Below, one piece after another: positions 8,863-17,365 of a stretch of 51,275 nucleotides of DNA (position 1 is the first letter of the stretch; the number at the start of each line of letters is the position of its first letter). The translations under genes were made by a program, and so were the position numbers. The stretch comes from Minisyncoccota bacterium (GTDB lineage Bacteria; Patescibacteriota; Minisyncoccia; Minisyncoccales; JAQTVQ01): positions 1 through 51,275 of the forward strand of contig JBBABZ010000005.1 of assembly GCA_041657385.1 (NCBI GenBank), in the 5' to 3' direction. The notes beneath the pieces are model-generated. The model did no database searches. It saw only the letters and a list, made by a program, of their open reading frames with translations, and was not told where the DNA came from.

Positions 8863-8877
8863 CATTTCCTGGAAATG
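8863..8877. promoter_or_regulatory. 15-bp perfect palindrome CATTTCC-T-GGAAATG upstream of the pilin-LRR gene
   Basis: Read directly. It lies about 80 nt upstream of ATG 8959 and just upstream of overlapping TATAAT hexamers at 8939-8949. Same TTCC-N-GGAA flavour as the sites at 29352-29411. Confidence 0.3.
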
Positions 8878-8958
8878 CGCAAATAAAAAAATATGCCTAG
8901 CACCTGTGCATAACGCGGATTAGCCCTTTCCTTTTTTCTATAATATAATTAACCCAAC

Positions 8959-10497
8959 ATGAAAATCTCTAAATTTTTTAACTCCTTTTTTCCGTCCGCC
9001 ATTGGGCGAAAACTGAAAAAAATCAAGCAAAAAGGCCTCAGGGCTTTCACTCTTATCGAGCTCCTGATCGTCATCGCCATAGTTGCTATTCTCGCCGCCG
9101 TTATCATCGTCGGAACGGTCGGCGCCCAAGCCTCTGCCCGCGATGCCGGACGCCTAAGCGATCTGTCCCAGACCAAGAAAAGCCTGCAAGCCTACTATCT
9201 GGCCTATAACGGTTATCCCACCACCGGCAATGACGGCATCTCGCTGGAAGACAACGCTACCTTCACCCAAACAATGAAAAACAGCGGGTATATGTCCACC
9301 GTCCCCAGGGATCCGAAATACACTGCCTCCGCCGGAGAATATACCTACAAATATATCTCCACCACTTCCAACGCCTTCACTCTCTGCGCCAAGTCCGAGG
9401 CCAAGAGCGGCAATTATTTCTGTGCCACTCAAGACAGTGGCGGGGTCAGCCAGACTTCCAGCGCCCCGGTCTTCGGGGTCTGGGGAGGCGGAGAGACTGG
9501 CGGAGAGCCGCAAGATTACGATATGATACACACACTTACCTTTAACGAGGCAAGCGGGACTTGTAATATTCGTCTTTATAGGGGGTCTTTTTCGGCATAT
9601 ACCGGCACAGTTTATTACAGAGCGGGAACTTCGGGCGAGTGGACGGAATTGAATGTGTCGGGAACAGCCACAACTTTCCCGGTATTGGCAACAACAATGC
9701 AGATTGGGCACGACAACAACAAGAGCGGGAATGATTATATGACCGTCAGTTTTTACGGCCAATCAACTAATCTGACGGGAATTGCCATTTCCCAAAAGGC
9801 GGCATTTAGCGGGACGATGGGTAACTATTTTATGGCTTCCTACGCCTATGGTTGTTCCTCTCTCACCTCTCTTGCCGTTCCTGATACCAGCGGGCTTACC
9901 AGTGTAGGTGATGCCTTTATGTATGTCTATGCCTACGATTGCACCGCCCTCACCTCCCTTTCCGTTCCCGACACCAGCGGGCTTACCAGCGTGGGCAACC
10001 ACTTTATGTTTGTCTACGCCTACGGTTGCACCTCCCTCACCTCCCTTTCCGTTCCCGACACCAGCGGGCTTACCAGCGTGGGCAACTACTTTATGGGTGT
10101 CTACGCCTACGGTTGCTCCGCCCTCACTTCCCTAGCCGTCCCTGATACCAGCGGAGTTACTAGCGTGGGTGTTAACTTTATGGAGAACTACGCCGACGGT
10201 TGCACCTCCCTCACCTCCCTTGCCATCCCTGACACCAGTAGTCTTACCAGTGCGGGCAACTACTTTATGTATTGCTATGCCTACGATTGCACTGCCCTCA
10301 CCCGTCTTGAACTTCCCGCGGCAGGTTGGTTTACGGCTCACAATATAGATTGGAGCGTGCCATCGGGACGATTGAATTATCTTAAAGGCTATGTCAAAAC
10401 ATCGGACGACAAAACCGCTTGGCAGGCATTGACGGCCAGCGGAAAGACGCTCTATACGAATTATGTTCGAAGCAGCGATAATGTGATTTTGGAGTAA
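8959..10497 (+). CDS. Type IV pilin-like protein with C-terminal BspA/DUF285-like leucine-rich-repeat head
   Basis: Prepilin-type N-terminal motif KGLRAFTLIELLIVIAIVAILAAV, with Ala rather than Gly at the -1 position and a long 28-aa leader. A pilin body is shared with gene 3..977. Then come six 29-aa repeats (PDTSGLTSVGNYFMxVYAYGCTSLTSLSV). Confidence 0.85.
   Translation: MKISKFFNSFFPSAIGRKLKKIKQKGLRAFTLIELLIVIAIVAILAAVIIVGTVGAQASARDAGRLSDLSQTKKSLQAYYLAYNGYPTTGNDGISLEDNATFTQTMKNSGYMSTVPRDPKYTASAGEYTYKYISTTSNAFTLCAKSEAKSGNYFCATQDSGGVSQTSSAPVFGVWGGGETGGEPQDYDMIHTLTFNEASGTCNIRLYRGSFSAYTGTVYYRAGTSGEWTELNVSGTATTFPVLATTMQIGHDNNKSGNDYMTVSFYGQSTNLTGIAISQKAAFSGTMGNYFMASYAYGCSSLTSLAVPDTSGLTSVGDAFMYVYAYDCTALTSLSVPDTSGLTSVGNHFMFVYAYGCTSLTSLSVPDTSGLTSVGNYFMGVYAYGCSALTSLAVPDTSGVTSVGVNFMENYADGCTSLTSLAIPDTSSLTSAGNYFMYCYAYDCTALTRLELPAAGWFTAHNIDWSVPSGRLNYLKGYVKTSDDKTAWQALTASGKTLYTNYVRSSDNVILE
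9793..10314 (+). repeat. Six tandem 87-bp (29-codon) repeats inside the pilin-LRR gene
   Basis: Unit starts at 9793, 9880, 9967, 10054, 10141 and 10228. Units at 9967 and 10054 share the first 33 nt exactly (CCCGACACCAGCGGGCTTACCAGCGTGGGCAAC). Confidence 0.9.
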
Positions 10498-10653
10498 CAG
10501 ATATTTTATCCGCATCTTTCCGTGAGATAGCTTTCTTAAAAAATTGCACAGGCGCCTGATCTGTACCCCAAAAAGTGGACACTAAAATGTCCGCTTTTTT
10601 GTTTGTTTGGAAATTAGATATAATTAAAACATAAACTAAAGGAAGCCAATAAT

Positions 10654-11067
10654 ATGAACAAAAGATCATTCAGTGAAGAGCAAATCTCGGCTTTGCTCAA
10701 AAACCCAAATATAATTAAATGCAGCTCCAAATCTATAGGCTATAACAATAAATTTAAGGTGCTAGCGGTTAAGCAAAGCGAAGAAAAGTATTTAACTGCC
10801 GTGCAAATCTTTGAAAAAGCGGATTTTGATTTAGATGTCATAGGCAAAAATACTCCAAAGGGATGTTTGAGGTGCTGGAAAAGGATATATATGTCAAAAG
10901 GGATGAAAGGATTGAAAACCGATGGCAGGGGCAAAGGCCGCAAGGGCCGTCCTAAAAACAAGGGAGATACTGATGCCTGCAAGATAAAAAGGCTGGAGGC
11001 CGAAGTGGCCTATCTTAAAGAAGAGAACCGTTTTTTAGCCAAGCTCCGCAAAAAGAGTTTAAACTAA
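10654..11067 (+). CDS. IS3-family transposase OrfA (HTH + leucine zipper)
   Basis: 137 aa, basic. The C-terminal heptad LEAEVAYLKEENRFLAKL is typical of IS3 OrfA. A5G (AAAAAG, 11050-11055) lies in the 11019-11067 overlap where the -1 frame is open. Confidence 0.85.
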   Translation: MNKRSFSEEQISALLKNPNIIKCSSKSIGYNNKFKVLAVKQSEEKYLTAVQIFEKADFDLDVIGKNTPKGCLRCWKRIYMSKGMKGLKTDGRGKGRKGRPKNKGDTDACKIKRLEAEVAYLKEENRFLAKLRKKSLN

Positions 11068-11099
11068 GACCGTGCCAAAAGTACCAAATTATCAGGTCG

Positions 11100-11942
11100 T
11101 TGAAGAAAAAGATACGGCTCCTCTGCAGTATTGCGAAAGTATCCAAGAGTGGATATTACCGATGGCTCGAACACTCAGACGAAAGAGACAAAGACTATCG
11201 CGATCATCTTTTAATTAAAGAAGTATTTGATAAAGGCAAGTCAAAATATGGCTTTAGGACGATCAAAATGAAGCTGCTCAAAGATCATCAGGTGGTTATG
11301 AACCACAAAAAGATCATCAGGCTGAAGAAAAAGTATCGGCTCTTTACCAAAATTCGCAGGATCCATCCGTATAAAGATATCATAAAGAAAAGCCTGGAGC
11401 ATCGGACATTTGCCAACCAATTAAATCGAGAATTCAAACAAGAAGTGCCAGGCAAGGTATTTTGTACGGATATAACATTCTTGGCTTTTGGAGGCCATAT
11501 GGCCTATCTGTCGGCTGTTAAGGATATTGCCAGCAGAGAAGTGGTTGGCTGGAATCTGTCGCAGCGCCTTGAGATGGATATTATTATCGATACCATTAAA
11601 GATCTTAAAAATAACAAAGATATTGGGTCTTTTGAGGGTGCCATCATCCATTCCGATCAAGGGTTCCATTACACTAGTCCCGCTTACATTAAAATGATTA
11701 GTGACTTGAAAATGGTTCAATCAATGTCGCGCAAAGGTAATTGCATTGATAACGCGCCCATGGAATCATTTTTCGGCCATCTTAAAGATGATGTCGGTTA
11801 CAAGGATTGCAAAACTTTTGAGGAGCTGAATTCGCTCATTGCGAATTACATAAAAGATTACAATGCAGAGAGGCAACAATGGAATTTAAAAAAGATGACT
11901 CCGGCGGAATACCGAAATCATCTTTTGCTTGAGCAAGTGTAG
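11100..11942 (+). CDS. IS3-family transposase OrfB (rve / DDE integrase core), probably expressed as an OrfAB fusion
   Basis: DITF..., IIHSDQGFHYTS and GNCIDNAPMESFFGHLK supply the D, D, E triad context. The frame is open back to 11019 with no ATG (the listed start is TTG). Confidence 0.85.
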   Translation: MKKKIRLLCSIAKVSKSGYYRWLEHSDERDKDYRDHLLIKEVFDKGKSKYGFRTIKMKLLKDHQVVMNHKKIIRLKKKYRLFTKIRRIHPYKDIIKKSLEHRTFANQLNREFKQEVPGKVFCTDITFLAFGGHMAYLSAVKDIASREVVGWNLSQRLEMDIIIDTIKDLKNNKDIGSFEGAIIHSDQGFHYTSPAYIKMISDLKMVQSMSRKGNCIDNAPMESFFGHLKDDVGYKDCKTFEELNSLIANYIKDYNAERQQWNLKKMTPAEYRNHLLLEQV

Positions 11943-12070
11943 TTTTTACTTGTGTCCACTAAATGGGGTACAGATCAGCCGCCTGTGCAAGTTTTGGGAA
12001 CATCCAAGCTTGCCAGATCTGAAAAGGTTAGAACGGGGTATGTTGGAAAGAAACGTCCTTGTCTGATCGT

Positions 12071-12117
12071 TGTGGCAACAATCTACACCTGTCGGACAGG
12101 TGTAGATTGTTGCCACA
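12071..12117 (-). terminator. 23-bp perfect palindrome just downstream of dnaE (possible terminator, no U-tract)
   Basis: TGTGGCAACAATCTACACCTGTC / GACAGGTGTAGATTGTTGCCACA, with almost no loop. It lies 15 nt after the dnaE stop and 82 nt from the IS right end. Confidence 0.4.
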
Positions 12118-12131
12118 AATTAGAGAGAAAG

Positions 12132-15100
12132 CTAGGTTGATTCGATGATCTCTTCGGCGGTTTCGCAAATGACTTTGGGCATTCCGTCTTTAAAGTCAAC
12201 TTTGCCCGAGATCATCAGGATCTTATTTTCCACAAAAATTTGGAAGTTTTTTTCAAGGACAGAGGGAAAGGTGACGATCTCTATTTGTCCAACCCTGTCT
12301 TCTAAACTTACAAAAAGCATCGGCTTGCCGCTTTTCGTGATGATCTTCTTGATAGTTGAAACAGTTCCGCAAAGATGGATGCTCCGTCCGGCAAGGTTTT
12401 TATTTATTTCGTTCGTGCAGGTCATTTTTTGGTAAAAGAGATTCTCCAGATTGATAGAGTCCAATGGGTGCCCGGAAATATATAAGCCCAATAATTCTTT
12501 TTCCCAGGTTAGTTTTTCCCTTTTTTTGGCGTTTTCGGAATCTTTTAATTTTAACGACGCCAGTTTGCCGTTGCTTTTGCCTCCGCCGTCAAACAAGCTT
12601 TTTTGTCCGTTTGTCTTATTTTTTTGGGAGTCGCGGCTGTATTCAAGCAGGAAATCCAAATTGTTCAGCAGTTTTTTGCGGTCTTCAAACTGGTCAAAAG
12701 CTCCGGCTTTGATCAAGCTTTCCAAGGATTTTTTATTTATCACTTTTTGCGGTACGCGGGACATAAAATTTTCTATTGAAATATATGGTCCTTTGGCTTT
12801 GCGTTCTTCAACGATCATTTCAACCACATTTTCTCCGACATTTTTAATAGCCGCCAATCCGAAGCGGATCTTTTGTTCTTTGGCATTAACTGAAAAGAAG
12901 CGGTAGCTTTCGTTTATATCCGGCGGAAGCACATCAACGCCCATGGTTTTGCAGGCTTGCATCAAAAATCCGATCCTTTCAATATCAGCTCTTTCAGAGG
13001 TCAGCAAAGAAGACATAAATTCCAGCGGATAATGGGCTTTTAGATAAGCGGTTTGATAGGAGATCAAAGCATAGGCTGCGGCATGGGACCGGTTGAAAGA
13101 ATAAGAAGCGAAAGGCTCTATCCATTGCCAAATTTTGTCAGCCGTTTTTTCAGGTATCTGGTTTTTTTTGCAGCCTTTAATGAACTTTTCTTTTTGCGCC
13201 ATCAAAAGGTCTTTTATCTTTTTGCCGATGGCTTTGCGTAAAGTATCGGCTTCAGAAAGGGAAAAGCCAGCCAGATCTTGGGCGATCCTCATGATCTGTT
13301 CCTGGTAAAGGGGAATGGAATAAGTATTTTTTAAGATCGGCTCCAAAAGGGGATGTAAATATTCCACTTCTTTTTTACCGTGTTTGCCGGCAATGTAGTC
13401 GGGGATCAAAGCCATAGGCCCGGGACGATATAAAGCCACCATAGTAATAATGTCTTCAAATTCGGTTGGTTTCAGCTCTTTTAAATATCGTCTCATGCCG
13501 TCAGATTCCAGCTGGAAGACGCCGACGCAATCGGCTTTTTGTAGAAGCTTATATGTTTTTGCATCGCCAGCTGGGATTTTTTCCAGATCAAGTTTTTCTC
13601 CATTAATGGCAAAAATTTTGGCTAAGGTATCTTCAATGATGGTTAAGTTTTTCAGTCCCAAGAAATCCATTTTTAAGATGCCTAGATCTTCAATGCTGTG
13701 CATCTCGTATTGAGTGATGATATTTTGGTCTTCCTGGCTGGGATATTGCAGAGGGATGATATCGTCCAGGGGATCTTTAGAGATGACCACTCCGCAGGCG
13801 TGGGTAGAGGCGTGGCGGGCGCAGCCTTCCAGTTTTTTAGCCAAATCTATCAGCCTTTCTATTTTTGGATCGCTTTGATAGGCTTCGCGGAATTCAGCAA
13901 TTTTTTCCAAAGTATCTTTTAAATTAAAACCGAGAGGGATCATTTTGGCGGTTTTGTCGCAAATGCTGTATTCATAGCCTAAGGCGCGGCCGACATCGCG
14001 GATAGCGGCGCGAGCGGCCATTGTTCCGAAGGTGATGATCTGGGCGACATGATTTTTTCCGTATTTTTCCGAAACATACTTGATAACTTCGTCGCGGCGG
14101 CGGTCGGCAAAATCCAAATCAATATCCGGCATTGAAATTCTTTCCGGATTCAAAAATCTTTGGAAAAGCAGATCATAGTCTAGTGGATTAACATTAGTGA
14201 TGTTCGAAAGATAAGCCACCAAAGATCCTCCGGCCGAGCCGCGGCCCGGGCCGACAACGATGCGGTTGTCCTTGGCCCAATTGACGAAATCTTGAACGAT
14301 CAGAAAATAAGAAGAAAAACCGGTCTGTTTGATCACCGAGAGCTCATAATCCATTCTTTCTATAACAGCCGGCGTTTTCTCCAATTTTTTTCTTTCAAAG
14401 CCTTTTTCGCAAAGCTCTCTTAGATAGTCGTAATCGGTTTTGCCATCCGGAACAGGGAAGGAAGGCAATTTGGTTTGGCCGAGAGTAAATTCAAAATTAC
14501 ACATTTCCACTATTTTTTGGGTATTTTCAATGGCTTCGGGAACATCTTTAAAATCTTCGATCATTCTTTTAGGCGGCCGCATTGAAAAATCTTCTTTCAG
14601 CATTGAAAGCCTCTCTGTATCTTTGGCATCAGCGTTGGTGTTAATCAACATTAAAACATCTTGGGCTTCGGCGTCTTCCGGGCGCAAATAATGGCAATCA
14701 TTAGTGGCGACTAAAGGAATATCAAGCTTTTTTGCCAAGGCGATCAAGGCTTTATTGGCCTTGTCTTGTTCGGGAATGCTGGGATGATTTTGAAGCTCTA
14801 AATAAAAACTGTCTTTTTCAAAAATTTCTTTGTATTTTTTGGCCGTGGCTTCGGCTTCGTCGGCTCTGTTTGAGATCAACAGGCGGGGAATTTTTCCCTG
14901 GATGCAGGCAGAAAGGCCGATCAGGCCTTTGGCGTGCTTGGCGAGCAAGTCTTCGTCTATTCTTGGTTTGTAATAAAACCCTTCCAAGTGGGATTTAGTG
15001 ACAAGTTTGACCAAATTTTTATAGCCTTCTTCATTTTTGGCGAGCAGAACCAAGTGGTATCTTTTGCCGTCAACACCAGCCCTTTTTTGTTCTAATTTTT

Positions 15101-15317
15101 CGAAAGCAACATAAACCTCCACTCCGATGATCGGTTTGATGCCTTTGCCTTTAGCTTTTTTATAGAATTCCACGGCAGCGTACAAAACACCGTGGTCAGT
15201 AACCGCGATGGAATCCATGCCCAAAGATTTGGCGTAGTCCAAGAGGTCGTCTATTTTAGGCAGTCCGTCCAAGAGGGAATAATGGCTATGGACATGGAGA
15301 TGGGTGAATTTTTGCAT
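12132..15317 (-). CDS. dnaE: DNA polymerase III alpha subunit
   Basis: N-terminal PHP domain FTHLHVHSHYSLLDG, a polymerase core (GPGRGSAGGSLVAYLSNIT, PDIDLDF) and a C-terminal OB fold. 1061 aa. Confidence 0.95.
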   Translation of the reverse strand: MQKFTHLHVHSHYSLLDGLPKIDDLLDYAKSLGMDSIAVTDHGVLYAAVEFYKKAKGKGIKPIIGVEVYVAFEKLEQKRAGVDGKRYHLVLLAKNEEGYKNLVKLVTKSHLEGFYYKPRIDEDLLAKHAKGLIGLSACIQGKIPRLLISNRADEAEATAKKYKEIFEKDSFYLELQNHPSIPEQDKANKALIALAKKLDIPLVATNDCHYLRPEDAEAQDVLMLINTNADAKDTERLSMLKEDFSMRPPKRMIEDFKDVPEAIENTQKIVEMCNFEFTLGQTKLPSFPVPDGKTDYDYLRELCEKGFERKKLEKTPAVIERMDYELSVIKQTGFSSYFLIVQDFVNWAKDNRIVVGPGRGSAGGSLVAYLSNITNVNPLDYDLLFQRFLNPERISMPDIDLDFADRRRDEVIKYVSEKYGKNHVAQIITFGTMAARAAIRDVGRALGYEYSICDKTAKMIPLGFNLKDTLEKIAEFREAYQSDPKIERLIDLAKKLEGCARHASTHACGVVISKDPLDDIIPLQYPSQEDQNIITQYEMHSIEDLGILKMDFLGLKNLTIIEDTLAKIFAINGEKLDLEKIPAGDAKTYKLLQKADCVGVFQLESDGMRRYLKELKPTEFEDIITMVALYRPGPMALIPDYIAGKHGKKEVEYLHPLLEPILKNTYSIPLYQEQIMRIAQDLAGFSLSEADTLRKAIGKKIKDLLMAQKEKFIKGCKKNQIPEKTADKIWQWIEPFASYSFNRSHAAAYALISYQTAYLKAHYPLEFMSSLLTSERADIERIGFLMQACKTMGVDVLPPDINESYRFFSVNAKEQKIRFGLAAIKNVGENVVEMIVEERKAKGPYISIENFMSRVPQKVINKKSLESLIKAGAFDQFEDRKKLLNNLDFLLEYSRDSQKNKTNGQKSLFDGGGKSNGKLASLKLKDSENAKKREKLTWEKELLGLYISGHPLDSINLENLFYQKMTCTNEINKNLAGRSIHLCGTVSTIKKIITKSGKPMLFVSLEDRVGQIEIVTFPSVLEKNFQIFVENKILMISGKVDFKDGMPKVICETAEEIIEST

Positions 15318-15351
15318 TTGGTATCGGTTTCGATCCGGTTTTTATCGTTTT

Positions 15352-15408
15352 TTGTTAATTTCTCTTTGATGCTATAAAATTTTGTTAAATTTTGTCCGAT
15401 ACTATAAA
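15352..15408 (+). promoter_or_regulatory. Tandem duplicated promoter-like module upstream of rnhB
   Basis: Two 30-bp imperfect copies: TTGTTA-N15-TATAAA at 15352-15378 and at 15382-15408. The 15-nt spacers are short, so function is uncertain. Confidence 0.3.
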
Positions 15409-15482
15409 ATAAAAAAGCGGCAAGCGCATTACAAAATCATCCAAATCAGCAGAGAAGATTAATTCATTATAAATAAGTTTCT

Positions 15483-16217
15483 ATGGACCTGCAAGTTGAG
15501 AAAAAAATATGGGCCAAAGGCTTGAAAACAGTGGTTGGGCTGGATGAGGCCGGACGCGGACCGCTGGCTGGTCCCGTGGTTGCGGGGGCAGTGGCTGTGG
15601 ATTATTTTTTATTTAAGAAGGCTGACTCTGTCCAAAAGAAGGAGCTAAACTATATTTTAAAACAGGTTAATGATTCCAAAAAGCTGGCTTCAAAGAAGCG
15701 GGAAGAGCTTTATGGCTTATTGGTTAAAAGCCGGTTTATAAAATGGGGGATAGGAGCTGTTTCTGAAAAAACGATCGACAGGATAAATATTTTTGAAGCC
15801 AGCCGGCTGGCGATGGCTAAAGCGTGTTTTAGCCTTAATCAAAAAATTCAAAATTCAAAATTGAAAATTCGCTATCTTATTATTGATGGAAATTTTTTAT
15901 TACCCGTCGAAGCCTTGGCGAAGGCGGGTATTGCCCGCATCGGCCAGAGGTCAATCATAAAAGGGGATCAAAAAGTTTTTTCCATTGCAGCGGCCAGCAT
16001 TTTAGCCAAAGTTTATCGGGATAGGCTTATGGAGAAAGCGGATAAAAAATATCCCCAATACGGTTTTGCCCGGCATAAAGGTTATCCAACCAAGCATCAC
16101 AAAGAAATGCTGGAAGTTTTTGGGCCCGCAGTTATCCACAGAAAGAGTTTTCGGCCGGTTTGTTTCTATGGTAAAATAAATTCAGAAAATCGAGAGCCGA
16201 ATGATAACGAAAAATAG
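15483..16217 (+). CDS. rnhB: Ribonuclease HII
   Basis: VGLDEAGRGPLAGPVVAGAV, plus the downstream DSKKL and ASILAK motifs of RNase HII. Confidence 0.9.
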   Translation: MDLQVEKKIWAKGLKTVVGLDEAGRGPLAGPVVAGAVAVDYFLFKKADSVQKKELNYILKQVNDSKKLASKKREELYGLLVKSRFIKWGIGAVSEKTIDRINIFEASRLAMAKACFSLNQKIQNSKLKIRYLIIDGNFLLPVEALAKAGIARIGQRSIIKGDQKVFSIAAASILAKVYRDRLMEKADKKYPQYGFARHKGYPTKHHKEMLEVFGPAVIHRKSFRPVCFYGKINSENREPNDNEK

Positions 16218-16266
16218 AATATTCTTTTTTTATTTAATAATTTAAAATTAAAAGTATAACAACGTT

Positions 16267-17304
16267 ATGTCTTTTTTCAAACCATCAGCCAATATCCTGC
16301 CTCTCATAGCCGCGGTCCTGGTCCTGACTCTTTCGGCCGGGTATTTTACTTTGGCCTGGACAGAGCCGTCCGGCACGATGCCGGTAACCGTGAGCGCGCC
16401 TTTGAACACGGGCAGCGTCGCCCAAGGCAGAATGGGATCTTTAGGCATCGGCACTACCACTCCTGCTGTTGGTTTTAAACTTGATGTCAATGGAAATATA
16501 CAAAATCAGGGATTCGATTTTGTCCTTGGCACTAACGATGGCCGGTACATCGGTTCAAAGACGGGACAGAGAGCTTTGGTGCATTTTGATTCTGATACTT
16601 TACATCTTAACTATCAGGGAGATTTTGAAGGAGGAGTTGTTATTGGCAGCACTACTACTATTAATGGCAGTCTTAATGTCAGCGGCAATATTAACGCCAC
16701 GGGTACAATTAATTCGGTTAGCGGCCTCTGCGTCAATTCGGTCTGCGCCAACACGAGCACGTGGACGAACATAGTAAATAACGGCGGCAGCGGAGGGGCA
16801 TCTGTTAAAGCAGGGATAACATCTATAAATATTCCTTCTACTGTAAGCGTTCCCTCATGGTCCGGCTCCCAACAAGTGATAACTCACAATCTTGGCAAAA
16901 TTCCTAAACTAATAAAAATTACGGCGATTCAATCCACAGAAGGAATAGTCAACCCCGGAGTTAACGATATACCTGATGGAAGGATATATTTTTCAATGGG
17001 AATATACGACGGAGTAGCAAATAGCTGCATCTATTCGGGTGGATATCAGGCATATCGGTACAATAGTAATATGATAGGAACTATGACTGGCTCTAACTTG
17101 AGCGTTATTAATATAGTGGTTCCTATGACAGATATCTGTAGCGCGTCGCATGGATATACCACCTTAAAAATTTGGGCCAATATTACCGCTGTGGATGCTA
17201 ATTCATTTACCTTGAGTTGGGATAGAGGAGAAAATTATATCTATCCCTGCGGAACTTTTGGATGGCCAGGGGGCACGATAGCTTTCTCTTGGGAAGTACA
17301 ATAA
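16267..17304 (+). CDS. Hypothetical membrane-anchored surface protein (tail-fibre-like N-terminal region)
   Basis: N-terminal TM helix, then AWTEPSGTMP...APLNTGS..Q.RMGSLGIGTTTPAVGFKLDVNGNI, a motif pattern common in CPR surface and phage tail-fibre-like proteins. No enzyme motif. Confidence 0.6.
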   Translation: MSFFKPSANILPLIAAVLVLTLSAGYFTLAWTEPSGTMPVTVSAPLNTGSVAQGRMGSLGIGTTTPAVGFKLDVNGNIQNQGFDFVLGTNDGRYIGSKTGQRALVHFDSDTLHLNYQGDFEGGVVIGSTTTINGSLNVSGNINATGTINSVSGLCVNSVCANTSTWTNIVNNGGSGGASVKAGITSINIPSTVSVPSWSGSQQVITHNLGKIPKLIKITAIQSTEGIVNPGVNDIPDGRIYFSMGIYDGVANSCIYSGGYQAYRYNSNMIGTMTGSNLSVINIVVPMTDICSASHGYTTLKIWANITAVDANSFTLSWDRGENYIYPCGTFGWPGGTIAFSWEVQ

Positions 17305-17365
17305 ATCTGCCAAATTTTAAAAAATAAATAATTAATAAAAAATACTTAAAAATAATAAACCTGAT

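Larger units (their letters stand above)
10545..11989 (+). mobile_element. IS3-family insertion sequence (1445 bp) with two-ORF, -1 frameshift architecture
   Basis: 38-bp imperfect terminal inverted repeats. IRL is 10545-10582, TGCACAGGCGCCTGATCTGTACCCCAAAAAGTGGACAC. The reverse complement of IRR (11952-11989) matches 34/38. TG...CA ends. orfA is in frame 1 and orfB in the -1 frame. No clear target-site duplication seen. Confidence 0.85.

Noticed and set aside
9793-10314. The possibility that the regular repeats (87-bp array here, or the 38-bp pair at 22553..22628) are a CRISPR array.
   Set aside because: The units are directly adjacent with no unique spacers. The 87-bp array is in frame inside a CDS. 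No cas genes are present except a lone Cas4-like nuclease 28 kb away.
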